Part shown: piece by piece, positions 17,990 through 34,347 of the stretch
Layout of the letters: each line of letters starts with the position of its first letter
Position numbering within the stretch: the first letter of the stretch is position 1
Assembly (NCBI RefSeq): GCF_009914755.1
Contig: NC_060929.1
Direction: 5' to 3' (one strand)
Source of the DNA: the human T2T-CHM13v2.0 reference genome, Homo sapiens
DNA: 64,000 nt
Notes under the pieces: generated by a model
Told to the model about the DNA's origin: nothing
Database searches by the model: none
The model's input: the letters and a program-made list of their open reading frames with translations, nothing else
Program-made: the position numbers and the translations under genes

Positions 17990-19846
17990 CTAGAAAGCAA
18001 AACAAACCAATCTTGACTATATACATATCTCACAAATCAGCAATGACAGCATGAGAAAAAAAAATCCCTAGAGTTTAAAAACGTTTTAATTATACAACAG
18101 CTATTCTTGTAAATAATCTACATAATTAGTAAAAGGATTACTAAGAACATGCATTCTAATTCTCATTTCCTAACTGGGCCAAAAAAACAAAACAAAAAAA
18201 CCCCCAAGGCCAATAAGTACTAAATGTTTACAATGCTTAACCTTGTGAAATATATACTTAATTAAACTGATCTGTGCCCATCAGCTTGGACAATGTGGGG
18301 ACCATGAGGCCTTAAAGAAAACTATATACACTCTCCTTGTTTTCTATCCCTTCAAAGCTTCTTTCCCTGAATCATTTCCCTCCCATATCTATATGCTGGT
18401 ATTCCCCAAGGCTGCCTGGGCCCTCTTCTCTTGTTAATTGTCTCTTTAACCCACCTCATACATGTCCACAGCTTCTTCAACTATCTTTATTGTGAAGGGA
18501 TTCAAAATTTCTATATCCAGCTCAGACTCCTAGTATGAACCTCTGATCCACACATTCAAGTGCCAATAAATTAGAAGAGACTTAGGAACACGAATTTTGT
18601 CTCTTATTCATTGCTGAATGTTAATGTTTAGATAAAATTAAAGACAATGAGGGAATATAATCAACAATATAACCCAATTTATAACTAAATGTTACTTTTA
18701 TACTAGCCATAAAAGTAATGAGCAATAATATAAAAATGCTCATTTGGGCTGGGCATGGTGGCTCATGCCTATAATCAGTACTTTGGGAGGCCAAGTGGGG
18801 TGGATCACTTGAGGCCAGGAGTCCGAGATCACAGCCTGGCCAACATGGTGAAACCCTGTCTCTACTAAAGACACAAAAATTAGCCAGTCTTGGCACGTGC
18901 CTGTAATCCCAGCTACTCAGGTGGCTGAGACATGAGAATCACTTGATTCCAGGAGGTGGAGGCTGCAGTGAGCTGAGATCGCACCACCGCACTCCAGCCT
19001 GGGCGACAGAACAAGGCTCTGTCTCAAAAAATAAATAAGTAAATAAATAAAAATACTCATTTGAAAGGGTAAGGAGGCCAAAGCAGGTGGATCACTTGAG
19101 CTCAGAAGTTCAAAACCAGCCTGGCCAACATGGTGAAACCCCATCTCTACTTAAAAAATACAAAAATTAGCTGGGCATGGTGGCCCATGCCTGCAGTCCC
19201 AGATACTTGGGAGGCTGAGGCAGGAGAATCTCATGAACCTAGGAGGCCGGAGGTTGCAGTAAGCCAAGATCACGCCACTGCACTCCAGCCTGAGTGACAG
19301 AGTGAGACTCTGTCACACACACAAAAAAGGGTAAGGAAATAAGGAAATCTCAACATTTAAGGTATGACTTTAAAAAGACAGTTCTGGCACATACTGATAG
19401 CATGAGAACACAAATGTAATTAAATGTGGGAATCTGGGTAAAGGATATAAGCAAATTATGTGTATTATTTTTGTAGCTTCGTGTAAATCTAGAATCATTT
19501 TACTAGAAAATTAAAAACAAAATGACAATTTTGTCTTGAGTAAAACACCATGCAGTTGCATTTGGATACTATATTATTGTTATTTTTACCACAGCATCAC
19601 TTTGGTGAAAGTGGTTGGCCTGAAAAGGATGCTTTATACATAACACCTGAAAGTTTATAATAAATCATTGTTGCAATTGAGACAGACCTTTTTTTCAGTA
19701 GTTCTTTTTTGGCTTTTTTATTTTTTTGCCTCATACTCACTGTCTGAGAAGTACCTCTTTGTTTTATTCGAGGATAAAGACTCCTAAGATATATAACTCA
19801 CAAATTCATGCACAGCCTTATAAGAACATTTAAGAAATCTGACTTA

Positions 19847-20149
<303 letters not shown>

Positions 20150-21226
20150 CTATAGTATGACCATACCATACTACATAGTTGTTTTAAAAGAACTATATAT
20201 TTGAAACATTCTAATACATTGGAATAAAATCACTGTTCTTTCCACCTGAACACAGTTGTTGGGAGCAGAAGTAAAAAAACTATACTACTATAATTCTAGG
20301 TTAATTTATGTGATGTAACATATTTGCTTTAAACAGTCTTCTGGTATTCATAATAATAGGGGTCCAAAAGCTGGGATCAGAAAACAAACATATATGTTCT
20401 CAAAAGCTTCTGAGAATTTGCTTTTTCTTCCAGAAATGAGTACTCTTTGGGAATTACATAGCACAGTAGGACTTTCTATGTCTTATAACAAAGAGATGTC
20501 ATCAAAGCAGTGATTTCCTTAGTATCACAGCAATCTTCTTGTTAATTTTTAAGAAGCAAACAGTAATTCTGGTGGGTTTCTATAAGAGCAAGTTTTACTT
20601 TTACCACTGGTAGATCACAAATCAAATACCCAGTAAACATTTGTTGCATAAATGAACTACAAATTCCAATGCTACTTGAGTTCTGATAAATCTACTTATC
20701 CTCTCTATGTAATGCAATTCCTATAGAAATTTACAGATGTTTCATCATAGATGGTTAAGAAAAGTTTATCAGAGACTTTTGATGAATACACTTATGTAAA
20801 AAGCTAATAGAAAAGACTCATTACTTTAGGAATAAGAAAAAGAAAGACAAGGCTGAGGGGCTAGAAGAGGGAAAGGAGCAGAATGCTGAATCAAAGGCAA
20901 GAGATCATTTCAGAAACTCTAAGTTTGCTTTTCCTGTGGGTGAAAATAGATATTATTCCATTAATATACTGAAGTATCATTCTAATTCTGATAAAATTAA
21001 AAAGAGACAGCAAGTTTTAGTGAAGAATATTAGACTGGGTATCAGGACCCAGCATGATAACTATACATACAATGAAAAATTTCAGATCAAATAGAAGAAC
21101 AATGCTTTAGTGAGTTTGGGGAAGCTTATTATGGGTAAATGGTTTCTCCCAGGAACTGTGATTTATCATCTGCCACTACTGTCTTCATGAACCCCTGGGG
21201 ACATAAGTAGCCCACATAAGCAGTCA

Positions 21227-21412
<186 letters not shown>

Positions 21413-22171
21413 TTAGAAGAGCAGGGAGAGAGAACAAATGGAGATTTAAACAAAAAGGCATAATGAAAAACAGACCATCTTTTTCTAAAAGGTCCCCATT
21501 ATAAACATAACTACTAATAATTGGAGAAAAATAATTCAACAATATCTTGCTCCAAATAGTTGACTGTAAAGCAGTTAATTATCATATAATATTTACATTT
21601 AAATTATATTTAAATATCAAATAATGACATTTACTACCAAAACGATTAAGTCCCAAACATATTTTACCCCCCAAAAAATGTTACTCTTACCCATCTAGCC
21701 AGAACATATATTATCACCACCCAAATGTATTCACTTTACGGTCATGTAAAAGATGAGAAGTCATTTTAGACTTACTCTGTGCCATTAACATCACATTTCC
21801 TAAATTGAGACAAGATTTCAGGGTAGAGAGATTTTCAGTTTGTGATTGTCTTTTAAAGAAGGCGTACTCCTAAGAGCATTTTTGAAGGTTGTTGTGGTAA
21901 TGATATGTGATGTGTCAGTAAAGAATGCTTAACTTTGTAGAAAAAACCAGGCAGCATTGTTATTTCTTTTACCATAAATTATCATACATTCTTTGTATGA
22001 TTGTAGAATTCCAGAGCCTATGAATAATTAGCAGCTGACTTACTTCCATTTATCTGACAAATTTATAGTGATCAATCTAGAGAATAAATCAAAATTTCTA
22101 AAAGAAATTTATATTTTATAAACAGGCTAATTTATACTTTAGCCTATTTATTTTCTTTTTTTCTTTTTTAG

Positions 22172-22357
<186 letters not shown>

Positions 22358-22669
22358 TAGCCAGGATGGTCTCGATCTCCTGACCTCGTGATCTGCCCGC
22401 GTCGGCCTCCCAAAGTGCTGGCAGCCACTGTGCCCGGCCTACTTTAGCCTATATCTAAAAGAAATAGAATAAGCAGTTCTGGCAAAATGCCTAACAATAG
22501 CTCTAGGGCAATACCCACCACTCTCTGGCTATTACATGGCTTTTGTACTGTTAGTCTGAATATTCAGCTTATAATAACCAGGATATAATAATTTAATAGA
22601 ATTAGCAATTTCATGGTGATATAGAACTATTTAAGTTTTATTTGATTAAAAACAGTGTACTTTAAATAA

Positions 22670-22810
<141 letters not shown>

Positions 22811-23157
22811 TGAGAATACAGGCGCCCACTACCACATCCAGCTAATTTTTTGTATTTTTAGTAGAGACGGGCTTTCACCGTGTTAGCCAGGATGGTCTCA
22901 ATCTCCTGACCTCAGGATCCGCCCGCCTCAGCCTCCCAAAGTGTTGGGATTACAGGCGTGAGCCACTGTGCCAGGCCTTAAAATAGTGTTCTTTTTTGAG
23001 AGTTAAAAAAGGAGAATAGTCAACTGCATGTAGGTTCTACATGAATACTTCAAGAACTGCATATACAAAGGACAGCTCTGGCCGGGCACGGTAGCTAACA
23101 TCTGTAATCCCAGCACTTTGGGAGGCTGAGGGTGGATCACCTGAGGTTAGGAGTTCA

Positions 23158-23406
<249 letters not shown>

Positions 23407-23427
23407 TCAGAAATGAATGATCTAAGA

Positions 23428-24212
23428 CAGAGGCTGGCCAACCTTTTCTGTAAATATTTCAGGCTTTGTGAGCCATGTGGTCCCTGCCACAACTACTCCA
23501 CTCTGCTGTGGTAGTATGAAAGCAGCCAGACAGAATGTAAACAAAGGAGTGCAGCCATGTCCCAATAAAATTTCACTTACAGACACTGAAATCTGAATTT
23601 TATTTAATCTTCATATGTCATAAAACATTCTTTTGATTTTTCTCCAGCCACTTAAAAAGCAAAACCATTCTTAATTCATGGACCATGGTTCACCAACGCC
23701 TGGTCTAGAACAGTGTTGTTCAATAAGGTAGCCATTAGTCACGGATGCCTCTTGTGCATTTAAAATAGGGCTAGTGTGACTGAGGAACTGAATTTCTATT
23801 TCATTTTAATTACTTTAAGTATAAATAGCCACATGTGGCTACCAGACTGAACAACACAGGTCTGGATTCTAATCAAGCCTCTAGAGCAGCGGTGTACAAA
23901 AATAAACAATGTAAGCCACAAAGATGAACTGTATATGTAACCTAAAGTTTTCTAGTAGCCATATTTTAAAAAAGCAAAAGAAAAAAGTAAAATTTTAGTA
24001 ATGTATTTTATTTAACTCAGCCCACTGAAACTATTATTTAAAATGTAATCAAAATAAAATAATTATTGAGATTTTTAATTTTCTTTAAATATTAAGACTC
24101 GGAACTCTGGTGTGTATTTTACACTTACAGCACATCTCAGTTCGGACTTGGCACCTTTCAAGTGATCAGTAATCACCTGTGGTTAATGACTACTGTAGTG
24201 GAGAATGTAGTT
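23428..24212. mobile_element. Three adjacent hAT-Charlie MITEs (MER58B-, MER3-, MER33-like)
   Basis: CAG-initiated elements at ~23428, ~23711 and ~23887 with recalled consensus features and TCTAGA-type flanks. Confidence 0.7.
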
Positions 24213-24450
24213 CTAGACATAACTTCTAGTTCATACGAAACATAGGGAACAGGGAAATGAGTTAGAAGCTACCACAAGGAGATAACTGACAAGTCCAAAA
24301 TGTGGAAGAGTCTACCAAACAACTGATTTGTGGTCTTCAAATTGAAAAGGCAACGTTATGAAAAGGAAAGTGAGGGATTATTCTAGAGCAGGGGTGGCCA
24401 ACCTTTTGGCTCCCCGGGCCACAATGGAAGAAGAATCACCCATTTCTTAC

Positions 24451-24536
24451 TTGTTGGAGTAGGTGTCATACAATCCCACTTTTCCATCATCAGTTCCAAA
24501 AGCTAAGCAACCTTCCTTGGTTGGGTGCCAGCACAG
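24451..24536 (-). CDS. GEMIN5: GEMIN5 exon 9 (86 nt)
   Basis: gtag|CTGTGC...AA|gtaaga; LCWHPTKEGCLAFGTDDGKVGLYDTYSN. Confidence 0.96.
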
Positions 24537-24783
24537 CTACAAAAAAAAGAGTTTCCAAGTGAGAATATAAGAAGTGGGGCATATAGTTAAAGGAATCCTT
24601 ACATTACCCTTTAAGCATCCAAAGGGAAAACTGTCTTGCTCTGATTTCTTCATTATTTAAAGGAGAAAAAGGGTATTAAAAACAAAGTCGGCCGGGCGCA
24701 GTGGCTCACGCCTGTAATCCCAGCACTTTGGGAGGCAGAGGCGGGCGGATCATGAGGTCAGGAGATCGAGACCATCCTGGCTA

Positions 24784-25180
<397 letters not shown>

Positions 25181-25816
25181 TTAGAAAATACAGTTCTATT
25201 AATATTAAATAGTTTACAAAATTTGAAAAGATAGATCATAAACTGTCCACAGTGGTTCTCTGGATTATTCAAGTGGGGGACTGGAGTGGAGGGTAGGGTA
25301 GGAAAAAAATGTTTCCTTTCTCTATTTTTGTGTTGTTTGATTTTCTTTTTAAACCATAAAAATTTATTACCTTTAGATTCAATAGCCAAAAGAAAGGTAT
25401 CATTTTAGAGAAAACCAAAAAAATTACACATACTGTTTTATAACCTGCTTTCCATGTTTTATAATTGACATTTTTCATAAATCATTTATATACCTTTCCA
25501 CATCAAGGAAGAAGGAATCTACATTATCATTTTCAATAATTTGATGCCATTCCAACATGTGGTTATCTTATAACTTAACGCATTTTCTATGAATATACAG
25601 TCAGGCTATTTCTAACTTCTTACTATTAGAAAAAATGCTGAGATGAACAGAGCCTTAATAAATTTAAACTCTGGAGGATAATGGGTTTGGTTACAGGATC
25701 ATTCTGCTTTCCTAGTTTCAAACTTCATTGAAAATACTTTAAAACTTTTGATTCTCAACAGAGCGCATTTAAATGAACAGGCATAAAAGAGAATTATTTG
25801 GAAAAAAAAAAGTTCA

Positions 25817-26065
<249 letters not shown>

Positions 26066-26662
26066 TTAACGGTAAGGGCCTAAACATAAAAAAGAACAGA
26101 GAAATAGGAAAAAAAACCTGATATGTCAAATGGGATAGGCTCAAAGACTGGGTAAGGATAATGCATGTCTTCCAGCAGGAATTGAAGAAAGCACTGCTAA
26201 GAAAAAAAAAATAGTAATAAATTATGTTGCTTAAAGGGATCTTAAAATATATTTATTCCCAAAGATGTCACGTGAATTCAGGGTTACACAATTAATAAAC
26301 CAGAACCCACGCCTCCTGTCTCCAAGTTCGGTGGTCTTTCTGTCCTATTATAGCACTGGTAACCCCCTCATTTGGCAAACTCTAAGGAAGAAGATGGCCT
26401 CAGCACAGTGGAAAAATCAAAGAACTGCTCTCTCAAAAGGCAAAACACCTTATCATACCCAGGGAAGGAGGAGTGGTAAATTTTTAATCATCACTTGTTT
26501 AAGAGACAGGCTTGGGAGAAAATGAAGTCTACCAAATAAGCCTAGCTTAACTGCAAAACAGTAAGGTAATAGGCTTTCAAATAAAGTCAATTCTCTCTGA
26601 AAGATTTCTATTCTGCTACATACACTACAAACCAGGATAAACCATAGCATGAGGACCTAACA

Positions 26663-27110
26663 CAGGGGTGTCCAATCTTTTGGCTTTCTGGGGCCACACT
26701 GGAAGCAGAATTGTCTTGGGCCACACAAAAAGTACACTAACACTAGGCCAGGCGCCGTGGCTCACGCCTGTAATCCCAGCACTTTGGGAGGCTGAGGCAG
26801 GCAGATCACGAGGTCAGGAGATCGAGGCCATCCTGGCCAACACAGTGAAACTCCATCTCTACTAAAAACACACACAAAAAATTAGCTGGGCGTAGGTGAT
26901 ACACGCCTGTAGTCCTAGCTACTCGAGAGGCTGAGGCAGGAGAATGGCGTAAAACTGGGGAGGTGGAGCTTGCAGTGAGCCAAGATCACACCACTGCACT
27001 CCAGCCTGGGAGACAGAGCAAGACTCTGTCTCAGAAAAAAAAAAAAACACTAACACTAACAACAGCTGATGAACTTAAAACCATCCTGAGCTGTGGGTTG
27101 GACAAGCTTG
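26663..27110 (+). mobile_element. MER30 hAT MITE interrupted by an Alu (26746-27046)
   Basis: CAGGGGTGTCCAATC...TTGGACAAGCTTG termini; 8-bp TSD acctaaca/acctaata; Alu TSD acactaacacta. Confidence 0.85.
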
Positions 27111-27367
27111 ACCTAATACATCCTTCCCTGGGCAAAACTACCCTTCTTTATTATGTCTGCTTTAACAAAAAACTATTTTGGTGGGTCTTCACATTCTCCT
27201 TACATGTGAGCTATTGATATATTCAGTGCTGATCTGTAGCAGTAACTCTGAAATTGGAGTCAGGGGTGGAGTATTACGACTTGACAGGTGCTTTGAAAAA
27301 GCCCTCTCATCCCACCCAAGTTGTAAACTGCTGCTCTACAATGCTGAGTGAAAATAAGCATTCTTAC

Positions 27368-27533
27368 ATCTCTATCCATTGATGTAGAAAGTAACAGCTG
27401 TTTGTCATCCTCTGTTTGTAAAGGACATAAATTAAACACAATTCTTGAATGATTTTGCCCTTCTGATGAGGCACTGAAGAGGGTGTATTTCCGTCTCCAA
27501 GATTGAGTGAGATCCCATTGCAACAGTTCACCT
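27368..27533 (-). CDS. GEMIN5: GEMIN5 exon 7 (166 nt)
   Basis: cacag|AGGT...GAT|gtaaga; [19 protein letters not shown]...STSMDRD. Confidence 0.97.
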
Positions 27534-27711
27534 CTGTGAAGGAAAAACATAAGCATTAGTTCTTTTACAAACGATCTGAAAACAAGTGACTGTTGAGACA
27601 GAGTCTGGGCTCATAGCTGCAAAATGATTTGTTGTCGTTTAAGGAGAGAAAAATTGCATATGCTGAAAATATGCACAAAATATCTCTGGGAAGGCTGGGT
27701 GCAGTAGTTCA

Positions 27712-28090
<379 letters not shown>

Positions 28091-28508
28091 TTAAACAGAT
28101 TTATCTCCAGCCACTAGAAGTAGGTAGTCAATGAACTTTGTTTACTGAATGGGCATAGCCATCCAACCTAAGAGAAAATATTATAACCATCTCCCCTTTC
28201 TACACTTGAAGTGACTGAAGCTCAGAAAAGTAAAGGGTCTTGCTCAGGAATACAAGGCAGTAAGTGACAAAGTGATTCTGAAATTTAGTTCTGACTTCAG
28301 AGTCCATATTCCTAACTGCCGGACTATACTTATGTGATCTTTTTACAGCTCTGTTAGTAGATAGCACAGGCATTAGTCTCATAATTTTTCCATTTCAAAT
28401 GGCCCATCATAATACAAGCCTTGGCCATTACTTTCTCCATCCTAGGAGGACTTGAGGCCAAATAGAAAAACAAAATATATCTGAGAAAGCATGACCAAAA
28501 AAGACTTA

Positions 28509-28649
<141 letters not shown>

Positions 28650-28987
28650 TTAAAAAGAAGGCCAGTGGGCACTCAAGACAGTGAAACTACATGCATGAAG
28701 TCACTGGTGGTTCATAACACACAGTCTGCACTGTAAAAGCTTGTTAGTTTGGCTACTTAGAATTCAGATCTCATTTTCCAATGGTTACAATTTTAACCAT
28801 TATTATGGTTATAATTTTAATCACTATAAATACTGGTTAATACTAGTCTAGCTACATTTAGGTCAAACAAGCTTCGACAGGCTATCTTGACAACCTCAAC
28901 GTATTAAGAGTATTTTTTTTTTTTGGCCGGGCGCGGTGGCTCATGCCTGTAATCCCAGCACTTTGAGAGGCCGAGGCGGGAGGATCA

Positions 28988-29434
<447 letters not shown>

Positions 29435-29612
29435 CTAATCACCGTTTTTTAAGCTGTATTGTGCATCGGAACCACAGGTGGAACTTTAAAAAATACATAC
29501 GCCAGGGCCTAACTCCTAGAGATTCGGACTCAGTAGATCTGAGGTGGGGTACAAGAACCTACATTTTTCCAAAGACTCTCCAGCTGATTCTGCTGCACAA
29601 CCACAATTGAAG
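29435..29612. mobile_element. MER5A-like MITE (a second similar copy at ~62130-62310)
   Basis: AGAGATTCGGACTCAGTAGATCTGAGGTGGGG...CAGCTGATTCTGCTGCAC pattern. Confidence 0.6.
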
Positions 29613-29877
29613 GCCATTTTACCAGACACCTCTAAGTCTAGAGGTTACCCTCCTGGAGGGATCCTCAGCCTTATGTTCCCACTTGGAGTTTTAGCTGCAG
29701 TATGCCAAGAAGTAGCCTGTAAACCTTAAAAAAGTTCTGTCTTCCCAAATTATACTATTAGTTACCTACCACTGATGAAGCCTGGATGACATTCCAAGTG
29801 CTGTGCTACTTGCTTTACATGCATTTGGGCAAATATGATAAAACTATCATGGTTTCAAATAAAGTAGAAAGTACATC

Positions 29878-30805
29878 CATGCTCATAGCATATTATTTAG
29901 AATAGTAAAACATGGAAGCAACCCAAATGTCCATCAGTGTGTGAGATATGAGTTCTAAATTTCTCTTCAAAGAATCAATATGTCAGTATGTTCAATTATT
30001 TGGCTTCTGTTTTTAAACTTAACTTCCTCGTAAAAGCAACCTTTTTCGATTACCTGCTCCATCCTGACTCATTCCGATTACCTGCTCCACCCTGACTCAT
30101 TCTGATTTCCTGCTCTGCCATAACCATTTTTCCTGCCATAACCATTTTCTCCCATCAAACCACTTACCCCGGCACTCTCTTTAAATCAGCGAATCAGAAT
30201 TAGTTTAGCCTGTGCGGTCTAACCCTAGCTGATAGGGGAACGACACAGCAGCAGGGGCCACATGCGTCAGGGATAAGAACCCCTCCCCTCCGTTGTCCAA
30301 GTGTGCGCTCACCATTGCTCCATCTGTAAGGGCGCACCCTTCTATAGAAGTACATTGCCTTGCTGAGAATTAAAAAGAAAGTTTTATATTTGAGTGCTAT
30401 TTCTTTTGCCACACCGAAATTTTATTTATAACAAGTGGATGAGTGGGTAAGTAAAATGTGGGACATACACACAATGGAATATTATTCAGCCTTAGAAAGG
30501 AAGGATATGCTGACATACGGTACCAACATCAATGAACCTCGGGGATATATGCTAAGTGAAATAAGCCAATCACAAAAAGACATATCATATGTATAACTTC
30601 ACTCAAAGGAAATACTCAGAGTAGTCAAAATCATAGAGCTGAAAGCAGAATGATGGTTGCCAGGGCCTGGGGGAGGGGGAAATGGAGAGTAGAATTCTGG
30701 AGATGGGTGGCTGTGACAGTTGCACAACTTTAGAGTGTACTTCATACCACTTAAATGTACACTTAAAAGTGATAAAGATGGCAAATGTTATATTTTCCAC
30801 CACAG
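29878..30805 (+). mobile_element. L1M (L1MA/MB-type) 3' end, split by the LTR10
   Basis: Removing the LTR restores CCCAAATGTCCATCAGTG-GATGAGTGG...ACAATGGAATATTATTCAGCC, typical of L1 3' regions. Confidence 0.8.
29940..30433 (+). mobile_element. ERV1 solo LTR, LTR10A/F-like (HERV-I)
   Basis: Starts TGTGAGATATGAGTTCTAAATTTCTCTTCAAAG, ends TAACA; TSD AGTG (29936-29939 / 30434-30437); internal 28-bp repeat carrying TGACTCA. Confidence 0.88.
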
Positions 30806-31414
30806 CTTAAAAAACTGCCAAAAAAAATAAAATAAAATGAAGAAAGAAGAGAAGCCCGCTAGAAAGAGAAAAACAAGATTTTTACTATAAAGGTTATATT
30901 CTATGATATACTATAAATATTCATTATGCCTAGAGTTTCTCTCAATTTTTAAACTTAAAGATAAAAGTTCTGTTCAAAGAGACATTTGGGAAAGCTAAAT
31001 GATTGAGGGGCTCTATAATTTGGATAAAATGAGCTTTTACACATAATTCTATGCTGGGTGTATGTAATTTATTCTGCATTTGTGCATTAAAAGCTCTAAC
31101 TCTTAAGATATTTTCCATTCTCCTGGCTTAGGCCATATCATGTTCTAATATTCCTGTTTTTATTACAAATATTCTGCTCTCCATGCCAAACACTGACCCT
31201 TCTATAAAGCAAGAGATCCTTGTCTTCTCCTGGAATGCATGGGAAATACTAATCTCTAAGGCCAGATGTTGAGAGAATAGAGAGTCTAGGCCAGGCTCAA
31301 ATGAGGAAGCAGAATTCTAGACCAAAAAGTGAAGAACTGCTCTCAAATAGATGACACACCCTCAGGACAATAAGAACAGAAAACCCTCTACTTCCACCAG
31401 ATCAACATAGGTTA

Positions 31415-31591
<177 letters not shown>

Positions 31592-31648
31592 TTACATTAA
31601 ACACGCACTAATATAAAAAAATTAGTTTGCAAGAGTTTCCAAAACTTA

Positions 31649-31846
<198 letters not shown>

Positions 31847-32058
31847 TTAGCTGGGCGTGGTGGCGCATGCCTGTAATCCCGGCTACTCGGGAGGCTGAGG
31901 CAGGAGAATCGCTTGAACCCGGGAGGCGGAGGTTGCGGTGAGCCGAGATCACGCTCCAGCCTAGGCAACAAAAGCAAAACTCCGTCTCCAAAAATAAACA
32001 ATAAATAAAAAATGATATAATTGTACCCGTTCTGTTCTTCAGGTCTCAAGTGGACTTA

Positions 32059-32247
<189 letters not shown>

Positions 32248-34023
32248 TTAGAAATATTACTAAAAAAATGAAGACAGAACAGAGTCTCTAGTAAACATTT
32301 TGGCTTGGAGTTACCATTGGCGCATTCCTTAAAGTTAGGTGCATTTGGGGTGGCGGAGGAGGGAAGAGGACAAAAAATAATTTTGCTTTTTCCTTTTTTT
32401 AAAGTGCTCACCTTATGCCTCCTGGTTTTGTTAAAACCCTTCTCTCTATGATCAAACTCTTGGCACTAGGTAATACTATGTATGTTGCCTGGTACAAAAC
32501 TCACAGTGGACCATGATTTTGTTCTAAGGGAATTTTCATAGTTTTTGCAAGGGTGCAGCAACTCTTCTTTTTTCCTTCTCTGTTGCCCAGGCTGGAGTGC
32601 AGTGGCACAATCACCACTTACTGCAGCCTTGACTTCCCAGGCTCAAGCAATCCTCCCACCTCAGCCTGGGACTGAGTAGCTGGGACTAAAGGTACATGCC
32701 ATGCCCAGCTAATTTTTGTATTTTTTTGTAGAGGTGAGGTTTCACCATGTTGCTCATGGCTGGTCTCAAACTCCTGGGCTCAAGCAATCTACCTGCGTTG
32801 GCCTCCTAAAGTGATGGGATTATAGGCATCAGCCACCACACCCGGCCAACTCTTCTAACTAGAGATAATTTTGTCCTAGTGCACTGGAAAATAATCTCTT
32901 TCTTTATAAGTGATACTACTTTTTAAACTGTGAACTTAACAAAAGTTGCAGAATTCTACACTCTAGACCTGCATATTCCAAGGCTGTCATTTTATGAATT
33001 CAAAAGAAACTGAGAAATTCTAATAGCTTTTTAAAAATGAATGACTTCAGATACATAAAAAAAGTAATCTACTACCCTGCCTAAGAAAAATAATTACCAA
33101 TAGAGCTGAAGTCCTCTGTACATTCCACTTCAATCAAACCTCTCTCCTTGCCAGATCTCTTCTCCTTTTCTTCCTCTACCCAGAGGTCAAACTCTATTTG
33201 TGAATTGTGTTATATCATTCCTAGCCTTTCTTTGTATATATTCCTAAATAAGATATAGATTTTGCATATTTTAAAACTGCACATAAATGCTATCATCTAT
33301 TTTCCTGCAGCTTGTTTTTTTCACTCATTCTGTTTGTAATTCATCCATGTTGATACACGTAACTCTAGTTCCTGGCCAGTCATTACACTATTGTATTAGT
33401 ACTGCACTGTGTGAATATTTCAAAGTTTATTCATTTTCCTTTTGAAGGGCTTCCACTTTTTTACAACAAAAAAATGCTATTAATGTTCATGTACACATCT
33501 AAGACAATTTCAGGTTTGATGACTAGTAATGGAACTGCCAGGATGTTAAGATATATGCATTTTTATTAGAAAGTACAAAACTGCATTATACAAAGTGGCT
33601 GTACCTATTCACACTTCCTACACATTACAGCATTCGACAGGGAAGAACACCAGCACAGCTTTATTTATTTTTTTTTTTTAAAAGAAACACTAGAGTATGT
33701 CAACCTTTGAAGACCCGGACTTTGAAAACTGCCAAGTTATGCAACCTAATCGCCAACAGATCAAGCTATTTAGAAATCTGAATCAAGCTTTCTGGGAATA
33801 ATACTATTCTGAAGATCCTCCCCTGACTCCTGCCTACCACCTTTCTCTTCATCCTCTCTATCAACCCTACTACAACACTGCTCCCACTTCAAGAGACTGC
33901 CGATCCAGTCCCCTTCCATTTTCACTATCACTCACCCACACCTGTCTTTCCATACATCCCCCTACCCAATGCAGCACAGATTTCATGATCCATCACTATC
34001 ATTGACTTTTTTTTTTGAGATAG

Positions 34024-34122
<99 letters not shown>

Positions 34123-34188
34123 TGAGTAGCTGGGCTTACAGGTGTGCGCCACCAAGTCTGGCTAATTTTTGTTTGTTTGTTTTTTTGA

Positions 34189-34347
<159 letters not shown>

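Noticed and set aside
30047-30150. Short direct repeats resembling a repeat-spacer array
   Set aside because: Two abutting units with no spacers, internal to the LTR10; eukaryotic context with no CRISPR-associated genes
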